Below, piece after piece: positions 28,678 through 36,810 of a DNA stretch of 64,000 bases. The stretch's first letter is position 1; every line of letters starts with the position of its first letter. The stretch lies in contig CAZRDR010000021.1 of assembly GCA_964598995.1 (NCBI GenBank), positions 537 through 64,536 of the forward strand, read 5' to 3'. The notes beneath the pieces were generated by a model. The model worked only from the letters and a program-made list of their open reading frames with translations, searched no databases and was not told the origin of the DNA. The stretch comes from an uncultured Gammaproteobacteria bacterium (GTDB lineage: Bacteria; Patescibacteriota; Microgenomatia; Levybacterales; UBA12049). Both the position numbers and the translations under genes were made by a program.

Positions 28678-29535
28678 TTATTTTTGGTCATGTAAGCGTT
28701 CGTGGAATTGTGATATGACAGTCTTTCTAGCATCATTCGGATGAAAAGCCAGACGATCATTACCAATAGTTTCAGTCGTTTTATGAGAAGAAATAATCAG
28801 CAGTTCGAGTGATCTGACAATCGGTTCAAAAAATACTAATAATTTGTAAGGACGTTTTTTAAGCTGCCTAAAGTTAACAGCTCTCCCTTTAGCATTCGGT
28901 AGTATCTTGTGTGTCCAACTATTTACTTCCAAAAATCTTTCGTAGGTTTTATCCCTATCAAATAAAGGATACAGTTGCATGATTTCCCTAGCAGTGTAAA
29001 TATCCTGAAATTTTTTAGGGAATGCCATCCCTGACTCAGTTACTAGCATGTTGAGACAGAATTTATTATTAGGGTGAGCGTCCTGACGTTTACGTCTTTT
29101 GCCGCTTAATTGTAAGAGCAGTAATAATAAGAGGCGTGAAGAAAAAAGTGTCCGATCAGCTGTAATAACAAAAAGGTCGATATCATCATCCTGCGCTGCA
29201 TTCATTGCTGCGACACTTCCACTCACACCTACGAATAACACGCTTGGGATTAACGACAAATAACGCCCAACGGTTATAGCTAAACGTAGTTTTGTATCTG
29301 AAAATTCTCTCTTTTCTTGCGATACATCTATCGTCTGTGGATAGTTCTTCAAGGCTACATATCCGTTCTTCATGATAATAGTATCTCGATATGAGGAAAG
29401 AGCATCTTTTACTTCTTGCAAAGTAGCAGGATGTGCGCTTTGCCAGAAATAATGAAGCTCTTCTATCGTTAATGCTGCGTTAAAAAGGTGAGAATAAAGA
29501 AGTGTGTGGATTACTGCTTTTTTATTACTGCCCAT
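28678..29535 (-). CDS. Pol-beta-superfamily nucleotidyltransferase domain protein with ~90-aa N-terminal domain
   Basis: GVSGSVAAMNAAQDDDIDLFVIT fits the G[SG]-x9-13-DxD minimal nucleotidyltransferase signature. No partner genes (HEPN, effector, etc.) are adjacent. Confidence 0.5.
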   Translation of the reverse strand: MGSNKKAVIHTLLYSHLFNAALTIEELHYFWQSAHPATLQEVKDALSSYRDTIIMKNGYVALKNYPQTIDVSQEKREFSDTKLRLAITVGRYLSLIPSVLFVGVSGSVAAMNAAQDDDIDLFVITADRTLFSSRLLLLLLLQLSGKRRKRQDAHPNNKFCLNMLVTESGMAFPKKFQDIYTAREIMQLYPLFDRDKTYERFLEVNSWTHKILPNAKGRAVNFRQLKKRPYKLLVFFEPIVRSLELLIISSHKTTETIGNDRLAFHPNDARKTVISQFHERLHDQK

Positions 29536-31051
29536 ATTTGCTTAAAACTTGGTTTACGCCTTGGGCGAGCGTCTGAATAGCTGTCTGACCGGATGTACTT
29601 CCATTTGAACGGACTGCATTACCTAAGTATCCGTTCATTTGATCATTAATGCCATCGTCATACGTATTGCTCACGAAATAAGATGAGACAGCATAATTTG
29701 CCTGTTCTAAGAAAGGCGCTAAGAGTGGATTACTCTTAACAGTCTGGGCAAGATCACGACGGGGATATGGCTCTCCAAATAATCTCGTCTTGGCTGTCTC
29801 GGTATAGAGTTTTTGAAGCGTCTCTTTCTGAGCCAGATACTTCATAAATAACATTGCTTCTTTTTGATGAGGGGAACGAGATGATACGCCTTCTACCCAG
29901 TAACTCGCGAGTGTCTTCTGACCTCCCGGAAGATTTGGGACAGGGTGAACGCTAAAATTTAGCGTTGGGTTAAGAGCTTTTATAGCAAAGATATCCCAGG
30001 AGTAACCAAAGTACATCGCTAAATTACCTTTAGCAAAAGCTGTCTGGGTCGGATCAAGAGTACTATCCCAGACACTCCCCTCGTCTTTAGCGAAGGCTGT
30101 ATAGAATTCGAGAGCTTGTGCAGCATTATTCTGTGTTTTGGAGAAGTTGGTAAAATCAGTTCCATTTTGCGCCATCAGAAGGGCTATGATATCGGGAGCA
30201 TGTGTAACATTATCATAAGTTCCTAAACCTGCACCTGCCGTTAAAATCTTGCCATCAGCATCTTTAACAACTCTATCTTTAGCTACCTTTATGAATTCAT
30301 CCCACGTCTTTGGCACACTATTACCCCCTGCGCTCAACGCATCATTATTTACAAAAAGTGCGAGAGTGTCTATTTCTAACGGGACGCCATAAAGTCCACC
30401 ATTACGAACGAGATCCTGCTGAATGACTGGATAAAAATTGGCTTTAAAATCTGTCGGCGACATAACATCTGCGGTCATAGTCGAAAGATATGGCTTCATC
30501 ATCCCTACCCATGAATTGTGGAACCTATACATATCGGGACCGTTGCCATTGGTTATTTGTGTAACTAAGCTTTTACGATAATCTTTAATGTCTTTCTGAA
30601 TATAATTAATAGTGATGAGCGGATGCTGAAGATGGAAATCATCTATAAGTGTCTGCATTACTTGCTTGTTTTCAAAAAGTCCCCAGTACGTAAGCGTTAC
30701 TGGTTGATCCTTAGGAGTTGATTTGAATCGCGGCAGAACGAGAAATATGATAGCAAGGACTATAAGAAGTACCCCAACTACGATCCCTGCAATTTTTAGA
30801 ATACCCCCAAATCCAGATGATGAAGGAGGTTTAGGTAAGACGGTATCTGTTGGCGGAGGCGGTGTACCTACTGTTGCGGCAGGCTGGGCAGGTGGTGGAG
30901 GTGGTGTCTGAGGCACGACCGGAGCTGCCACCGGTTGTTGCGGTGGTGTCGTGGGCGTAACAGGTGGAGGTGACTGTTGGGAATCTTTGGAAAAGATAAC
31001 ATTTTCGTCCATAAGGGCGTTATGTATAGTATAATACGTGCTATACACCAT
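29525..31051 (-). CDS. Membrane-anchored extracellular solute-binding protein (ABC transporter SBP family 1-like) with Pro-rich N-terminal stalk; no cognate permease/ATPase nearby
   Basis: A cytoplasmic N-terminus and PPPVTPTTPPQQP...PPPPAQP stalk are followed by a TM helix (GILKIAGIVVGVLLIVLAIIFLVL) and an SBP_bac_1-like body (LTYWGLFENKQVMQTLIDDF..., many W/Y residues). Confidence 0.65.
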   Translation of the reverse strand: MVYSTYYTIHNALMDENVIFSKDSQQSPPPVTPTTPPQQPVAAPVVPQTPPPPPAQPAATVGTPPPPTDTVLPKPPSSSGFGGILKIAGIVVGVLLIVLAIIFLVLPRFKSTPKDQPVTLTYWGLFENKQVMQTLIDDFHLQHPLITINYIQKDIKDYRKSLVTQITNGNGPDMYRFHNSWVGMMKPYLSTMTADVMSPTDFKANFYPVIQQDLVRNGGLYGVPLEIDTLALFVNNDALSAGGNSVPKTWDEFIKVAKDRVVKDADGKILTAGAGLGTYDNVTHAPDIIALLMAQNGTDFTNFSKTQNNAAQALEFYTAFAKDEGSVWDSTLDPTQTAFAKGNLAMYFGYSWDIFAIKALNPTLNFSVHPVPNLPGGQKTLASYWVEGVSSRSPHQKEAMLFMKYLAQKETLQKLYTETAKTRLFGEPYPRRDLAQTVKSNPLLAPFLEQANYAVSSYFVSNTYDDGINDQMNGYLGNAVRSNGSTSGQTAIQTLAQGVNQVLSKYGQ

Positions 31052-31065
31052 AGCAATTCATCTAT

Positions 31066-32502
31066 ATGATTAACCCCTCTCCTCTTCACCACTTACGAAA
31101 AAAGCCGAAGCTTTTTGCGTGGTTAAAAACCACACTTTGGTTCTTCTTAGGCGCTATCATCGGCATTTTTTTCTTCAGCAGCTTCGTCTATATTTACTAT
31201 AAGCAGACCTACCACGATAAAGTCTATCCAGGTGTCATTATTAATAACGTCGAATTCGGTGGCAAATCAAAAGATGACGTCAGACGCTACTTCGCGTCCC
31301 AAAATGCCATTATCAGGAGTAAGCAATTCCAATTTAAGAGTGGAACACTCGTCGCAACTGTCTCAGCCAAACAATTAGGCCTCGGCTACGACGAGGGAAT
31401 GCTTGCATCGCAAGCCTTTAGCATCGCTAGAAGCGGAAATTTCTTTTCAGATATCTATCTCAGCTTTGAAGCCTACTTACACGGAGTAAAACTCCCACCT
31501 GCCTCTCATTACTCTGATACTGCTCTCAATAAAACACTCAAACAATTCCAATCTGCCCTCAACGTCGCTCCGATTGATGCTCGCTTCACGTATACCAATG
31601 GGAGAGTAACTGAGTTCAGAACTGCCAAAGATGGACAACAGGTCGATACTGACCAGCTCATTAATTACATGCAAAATGAAAGTGTCCCAGCACTTTTAGC
31701 GACTTCCAACTCGACACTCGCAGTAGCAATTCCTATTGTTACGCTCAAACCAACTGCCAGTAGCAGTATCCAAGCAAGCAACATGGGTATTGTTGAGCGA
31801 ATTGGCGTCGGGACATCACTTTTCCATGGATCAATTCCAAATCGTATTTATAATATTCAGCTCGCTGCATCACGCTTAAATGGAATTCTTATTAAGCCTG
31901 GTGAGACCTTTTCATTTGATAAAGCAGTTGGTGATGTCTCATCATTAACTGGTTACAAGCAAGCCTATGTTATCCAAAATGGGAAAACTGTACTCGGAGA
32001 CGGCGGCGGTGTGTGTCAGGTCTCAACCACATTCTTCAGAGCTGCTCTTGATGCCGGTATGCCTATCGTTGAACGTCACCCACATGCCTACCGTGTTCAT
32101 TATTATGAGGAAGATACTCCACCAGGAATTGATGCAGCCATTTATACACCTAATGTCGATCTGAAATTCAAAAATGATACAGGGCATTATATCCTTGTTC
32201 AGTCATATGTCGATCCGGATAACGAACAGCTCACGTTCGAACTCTACGGTACATCAGATGGCAGGGTATCCCATGTCTCAACACCTGTCATTGTCTCTCA
32301 GACCCCAGCACCTGAACCACTCTACCAGGATGATCCGACTCTTCCACAAGGACAGGTTAAACAAGTTGATTTCGCAGCCGCTGGTGCTAAAGTTTATTTT
32401 GATTACTCAGTCACCAAGGATGGAAAAGAAATCATTTCCGATCGTTTTACTTCTAACTATCAGCCATGGCAAGCAGTCTTTTTACGCGGCACGAAAGTCT
32501 AA
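31066..32502 (+). CDS. VanW-domain protein (membrane-anchored)
   Basis: An N-terminal TM is followed by PGETFSFDKAVGDVSSLTGYKQAYVIQNGKTVLGDGGGVCQVSTTFFRAA, a strong VanW-family signature. Confidence 0.75.
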   Translation: MINPSPLHHLRKKPKLFAWLKTTLWFFLGAIIGIFFFSSFVYIYYKQTYHDKVYPGVIINNVEFGGKSKDDVRRYFASQNAIIRSKQFQFKSGTLVATVSAKQLGLGYDEGMLASQAFSIARSGNFFSDIYLSFEAYLHGVKLPPASHYSDTALNKTLKQFQSALNVAPIDARFTYTNGRVTEFRTAKDGQQVDTDQLINYMQNESVPALLATSNSTLAVAIPIVTLKPTASSSIQASNMGIVERIGVGTSLFHGSIPNRIYNIQLAASRLNGILIKPGETFSFDKAVGDVSSLTGYKQAYVIQNGKTVLGDGGGVCQVSTTFFRAALDAGMPIVERHPHAYRVHYYEEDTPPGIDAAIYTPNVDLKFKNDTGHYILVQSYVDPDNEQLTFELYGTSDGRVSHVSTPVIVSQTPAPEPLYQDDPTLPQGQVKQVDFAAAGAKVYFDYSVTKDGKEIISDRFTSNYQPWQAVFLRGTKV

Positions 32503-32975
32503 TGGATCAGTTGTTACTACCAACTCAGGCAGCAAATCTCTCAGCATTCCTTACCCAACAGAATAAATCGGTGGTTCTCGTCGGCGGCTGCTTTGATATT
32601 ATCCACCCTGGCCATCTAGCTTTTTTAGAAAAAGCCAAGAAAGAAGGGGATGTCCTCATCTTACTTCTTGAATCAGATCAAGCAGTTACCTCGCGAAAAG
32701 GCGAGGGGCGACCAGTTAACACAGAACAAATACGAGCGAAGAATTTATTGGAACGAACACCAGTCGACTATATCATCTTTCTGCCTTTTCCCTTTGAAAA
32801 TAATGACTATGACGAACTTGTAAGTTCATTAAAACCTGCTATAATCGCAACAACGAAAGGTGATCCGTATCTCGTGCATAAAAAACGCCAAGCCGAGATG
32901 CTAGGTGCAACAGTTGTTGAGGTAATCGATAGATTACCAGATCACTCGACAACTGCTATTATTACTAAACAATGA
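32502..32975 (+). CDS. Cytidylyl/adenylyl-transferase-like nucleotidyltransferase (HIGH superfamily; RfaE-domain-II/TagD-like)
   Basis: VVLVGGCFDIIHPGHLAFLEKAKKEGDVLIL matches the (H/T)xGH nucleotidyltransferase fold. I chose the ATG at 32502, which overlaps the VanW stop (TAATG), over the upstream ATG at 32466. Confidence 0.6.
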   Translation: MDQLLLPTQAANLSAFLTQQNKSVVLVGGCFDIIHPGHLAFLEKAKKEGDVLILLLESDQAVTSRKGEGRPVNTEQIRAKNLLERTPVDYIIFLPFPFENNDYDELVSSLKPAIIATTKGDPYLVHKKRQAEMLGATVVEVIDRLPDHSTTAIITKQ

Positions 32976-33430
32976 CCAAATATATTTTAGGCTTTATCAT
33001 TTTTGTTATCGTCGGAGCACTTATTATCGTGCTTTTAAGCTCAAGTGGCATTCTTGGCAAAAAAGCTACCGCAACACTTAATGGTCAGAAAGTAACTCTT
33101 GATGTAGCCAATACTGAAAAGCTCCGTGAGACTGGACTCTCAGGGCGAAACAACTTAAACGATAACCAAGGTATGCTTTTCCTTTTCGATGAGCCTGGAA
33201 TTCCTACGTTCTGGATGAAGGGAATGAAATTCCCAATCGATATTATTTTCTTAAATAGTAATAAGATCGTCACTATCTATAAAAATGTCCCAGCGCCTAA
33301 GACTACAACTGAGACACCGAATACCTACTACCAGCCAACCTATCCATCAGATAAAGTTATCGAATTAAAGGCTGGTGCAAGTGACAAATACAATCTTCAC
33401 CAAGGTGACACCATCAATCTGTCTCTATGA
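32972..33430 (+). CDS. DUF192 (COG1430) family secreted protein
   Basis: An N-terminal TM/signal is followed by GLSGRNNLNDNQGMLFLFDEPGIPTFWMKGMKFPIDIIFLNSNKIVTI, the characteristic DUF192 core. Confidence 0.55.
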   Translation: MTKYILGFIIFVIVGALIIVLLSSSGILGKKATATLNGQKVTLDVANTEKLRETGLSGRNNLNDNQGMLFLFDEPGIPTFWMKGMKFPIDIIFLNSNKIVTIYKNVPAPKTTTETPNTYYQPTYPSDKVIELKAGASDKYNLHQGDTINLSL

Positions 33431-34470
33431 CGATACTCGGCATCGAAACCTCTTGCGATGAGACAGGGGTTGCCCTCCTCAAAAAAGAAGGTACTACTAT
33501 CTCTATTCTTTCTAATATCGTTGCATCATCACTCTCTTTCCATGCTAGAACTGGTGGTATTATCCCTGAAGTCGCTGCACGTGAACAGGTAAAAGTTATG
33601 CTGCCGACACTCACTGGGGCATTAAAACAAGGATTAGATTTCGATATTACGTCAAAGCAAATTCCTGACATCGATGCTATTGCTGTTACATATGGCCCAG
33701 GTCTCATCGGCTCACTATTAGTTGGTGTCGAGACAGCTAAAACGCTCTCACTCCTCTGGGACAAACCTTTAATTCCTGTTAATCATATGCACGGACACCT
33801 CTATGCTAACTGGATAGAAAACACTGATATTCAGTTCCCATCCCTCGTTCTCATCGTATCTGGCGGCCATACTGATCTCCTTTTACTCAAAAACCATGGC
33901 GATATTGAGGTAATCGGAGGTACTCGAGATGACGCAGCTGGTGAGGCATTTGATAAAATCGGCAGACTGCTTAACTTTCCCTATCCTGCTGGTCCTAAGA
34001 TCTCACAACTTGCAAAAAAAGGAAATCCAAAAGCTTATGCTCTCCCTCGTCCGATGCTAAGTAGTGACGATTTCGACTTTAGTTTTAGTGGTCTTAAAAC
34101 CTCTGTTCTCAATCTCATTAAGAAAAATGGCTGGGATTTCTCAGATGAGAATTTCAGACAACAGAACGAACAACTCCTCTCAGATCTCTGCGCGAGTGTC
34201 GAGCAGGCAATTGTCGATGTCTTAGTCAAAAAAACACTCAAAGCAGCCGAGAAATACCAAGTCAAATCACTTCTTCTTGGTGGAGGCGTCAGTGCTAATA
34301 AGAAATTACGGGATACATTTACTAACCAAACACCAGAGAATATCAAGCTCGCTGCTCCATCACCTAAGCTCTGTACTGACAATGGTGCGATGATAGCCGC
34401 CGACGCATTTTTTGCTAAGCCAGCAGCAAGTTGGAAGGACGTCGACGCAGATCCTAGCCTCTATTACTGA
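33427..34470 (+). CDS. tsaD: tRNA N6-adenosine threonylcarbamoyltransferase TsaD (Kae1/Gcp)
   Basis: It begins ILGIETSCDETGVALL, has a conserved HMHGH metal site and an ASKH-fold. It is 347 aa. Confidence 0.9.
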   Translation: MTILGIETSCDETGVALLKKEGTTISILSNIVASSLSFHARTGGIIPEVAAREQVKVMLPTLTGALKQGLDFDITSKQIPDIDAIAVTYGPGLIGSLLVGVETAKTLSLLWDKPLIPVNHMHGHLYANWIENTDIQFPSLVLIVSGGHTDLLLLKNHGDIEVIGGTRDDAAGEAFDKIGRLLNFPYPAGPKISQLAKKGNPKAYALPRPMLSSDDFDFSFSGLKTSVLNLIKKNGWDFSDENFRQQNEQLLSDLCASVEQAIVDVLVKKTLKAAEKYQVKSLLLGGGVSANKKLRDTFTNQTPENIKLAAPSPKLCTDNGAMIAADAFFAKPAASWKDVDADPSLYY

Positions 34471-34507
34471 TTTGTAATTCTATCTGCTCGTTGTATAATT
34501 TGAACAA

Positions 34508-34984
34508 ATGAATAACCTTACCGAAAAAGCGAAAGACATTATTCAAAATATCCTCTATATTACAATTGCTACTTCTTCAACAGATGGACAACCTTGGAAT
34601 ACTCCAGTGTATGCAGCTTATGATGACGAGTTCAACTTCTATTGGGCATCTGACAAAAATGGAAAACATTCAAAGAATATTGCAGAGAATAATAAAATTT
34701 TTATTGTAATTTATGATTCAAATGCACCTCTAGGTACGGGTGAAGGTGTCTACATCCTCGCCAAAGCACATAGTCTTTCACAAGAAGATGAAATCAAAAA
34801 GGGTCTTGAATTATTAGACACAAGGGCAGGAAATGCTCCTGTCAGCAAACCCAATGAATTCCTTGAAGTTTATCCACGACGAATATATAAAGCTATTCCT
34901 GAGAAAATATGGCTTAACGGCGATGGAGAAGTAGATGGAAATTATATCGATATACGAATGGCTGTGGACTTACTTCATAAATAA
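34508..34984 (+). CDS. Pyridoxamine-5'-phosphate-oxidase-like FMN-binding split-barrel protein (general stress protein 26-like)
   Basis: It is 158 aa. The N-terminal YITIATSSTDGQPWNTPVYAAYDDEFNFYW pattern is typical of the PNPOx-like fold. Confidence 0.5.
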   Translation: MNNLTEKAKDIIQNILYITIATSSTDGQPWNTPVYAAYDDEFNFYWASDKNGKHSKNIAENNKIFIVIYDSNAPLGTGEGVYILAKAHSLSQEDEIKKGLELLDTRAGNAPVSKPNEFLEVYPRRIYKAIPEKIWLNGDGEVDGNYIDIRMAVDLLHK

Positions 34985-34999
34985 GCATCTTGCCTCGGT

Positions 35000-36061
35000 G
35001 TGATACAATACCTCTCAACTATGGAAAACCTGCTCATTCTCCTTATCGTTATCATCCTCGGCTTTGGCATAATTATTTATATCCTCAACCGCAAGCTCTC
35101 CGCTCTCTCAAAAAACTCTGCCGACAGCACGATGCTCGAGTGGCTCAAATCCATGCAGACCTCACTTGAGTCGACGAACAAGACGCTCAATTCTGCGATG
35201 CAGCACAATTCATCTGAGATGGTACGAACGCTCCAGGAAAATTCCAAACAACTTAACGAACGACTCGATAAAGCTGCAGCAGTTATTCGTGATGTCGGAG
35301 TTGAAGTCGGACATATGAGTGAAATCGGACGCTCGATGAAAGAATTACAGGAATTCCTCAAAAGTCCAAAAATGCGCGGAAATATCGGTGAGGAAATCTT
35401 AAAAGATCTCATCGCTCAACTCTTCCCTAAGAATAGTTTTCACCTCCAGTACCAATTTAAATCAGGTGAAAAAGTCGATGCGGCTATTAAGACTGATGCA
35501 GGTATCCTGCCAATTGATAGTAAATTCCCGATGGAAAATTATCAGAAGATGATCAAATCAGAAGACGTGAAAGAAAAAGAAGATTACCAAAAAGAATTTA
35601 CCAGAGACGTGAAAAAGCATATCGATACGATTGCTAAAAAATACATTTTGCCTGATGAAGGCACGATGGATTTTGCCCTCATGTATGTCCCGAGCGAATC
35701 AGTCTTTTATGAGTTATGTAATATGTCAGAACTCATGACGTATGCACGTAAAGAACGTGTCTATATAGTGAGTCCCTCAACACTTTATGTACATTTACAA
35801 ACTATCCTCCTCTCATTTGAAGGCAAAAAAATTGAGTCTCGTTCTAAAGAAGTCTTTAGATTACTTCGCGCAATTCAAATAGAGTACGATAAAGTTAATG
35901 AAAATATGGGAGTACTTGGTAAGCATTTGGGTAATGCGTCAGCACAATTCGCTAATGTTACGACAGGTTTTAATCAAATAGGTAACAAATTAGCAGCGAC
36001 GAAGAATCTCGAGGAGCAAGTAGTAGAAGATATCGAACAAACATCTCTCCTCAATAATTAA
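35000..36061 (+). CDS. rmuC: DNA recombination protein RmuC
   Basis: An N-terminal TM and coiled-coil are followed by an RmuC-like C-terminal domain (FALMYVPSESVFYEL...). It is 353 aa. Confidence 0.7.
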   Translation: MIQYLSTMENLLILLIVIILGFGIIIYILNRKLSALSKNSADSTMLEWLKSMQTSLESTNKTLNSAMQHNSSEMVRTLQENSKQLNERLDKAAAVIRDVGVEVGHMSEIGRSMKELQEFLKSPKMRGNIGEEILKDLIAQLFPKNSFHLQYQFKSGEKVDAAIKTDAGILPIDSKFPMENYQKMIKSEDVKEKEDYQKEFTRDVKKHIDTIAKKYILPDEGTMDFALMYVPSESVFYELCNMSELMTYARKERVYIVSPSTLYVHLQTILLSFEGKKIESRSKEVFRLLRAIQIEYDKVNENMGVLGKHLGNASAQFANVTTGFNQIGNKLAATKNLEEQVVEDIEQTSLLNN

Positions 36062-36762
36062 TATCCTGTAAACTGCTCTTTCTTTAATTGTTCTTTAGCT
36101 ACTCCCATCTCTTCTAACATTTCAGCAATTGTTTCAACACCGCTTGTCGGTCCGCTGATGTAATAGAGTGGCTCCTCAATTTTGTTAACTTGCTTGTTAA
36201 TAATTTTTTCGGTTAGTCTGCCGTGGATAGATGTTGTTAGATAATTAATCGAGATTTTGTTACTCACAGGTGCCTTTAATTCATCATAAAAAACTTCATC
36301 TTCTTTCGTTCTAAAAAATGAGAGAAGTGTAATAGCTGAAGGATAATCTTTCGCAGATAGCAAGATACTGCGGAATGGTGTTATGCCAATACCTAACGAG
36401 ATGAAAACCAATTCATGTTTTTTATCACTCGGCAAAACGAAATTACCAAGTGGTCCCCAAAAATTAACCTCCTCACCTTTGTCTAAACTCATTAACTTTT
36501 TTTTAAAGGGACTGGGGTATGAATCTATTTTTAGCGTGAACATTAGTATATTCTTTTCATGAGGTGATGAAGATATAGACAGGAGACGACTTCTGCCGCG
36601 CATATCGTGCTCGCTAAATTCTAATAATACCCGCATGTACTGACCTGCCTGGAAGGCAAATGTATCATTCTGAGATCTATCAAAATAAAATGAATAGACG
36701 TTGTGAGTAAGTTGCTCTTTCTTAAGAAATGGCAGAGTGAATTCTACCTGAGGCATTAGCAT
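36058..36762 (-). CDS. Ferredoxin-NADP reductase-family FAD/NAD(P)-binding oxidoreductase (no iron-sulfur domain)
   Basis: An FAD-binding R-x-(Y/L)-S motif (RLLSISSS) is followed by a nucleotide-binding GxGxxP segment (FISLGIGITPFRSIL). It is 234 aa. Confidence 0.6.
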   Translation of the reverse strand: MLMPQVEFTLPFLKKEQLTHNVYSFYFDRSQNDTFAFQAGQYMRVLLEFSEHDMRGRSRLLSISSSPHEKNILMFTLKIDSYPSPFKKKLMSLDKGEEVNFWGPLGNFVLPSDKKHELVFISLGIGITPFRSILLSAKDYPSAITLLSFFRTKEDEVFYDELKAPVSNKISINYLTTSIHGRLTEKIINKQVNKIEEPLYYISGPTSGVETIAEMLEEMGVAKEQLKKEQFTGY

Positions 36763-36810
36763 GCAAGGATCATAACAAATTCATAAGCCCTTGTGCTAGA
36801 ATAGTCTCCC

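Noticed and set aside
28678-29535. Possible CBASS cGAS/DncV-like nucleotidyltransferase
   Set aside because: The GS...DxD motif is generic to the Pol-beta superfamily. There is no adjacent effector, E1/E2/JAB or HORMA/TRIP13 gene, and the immediate neighbours are greA and a solute-binding protein.
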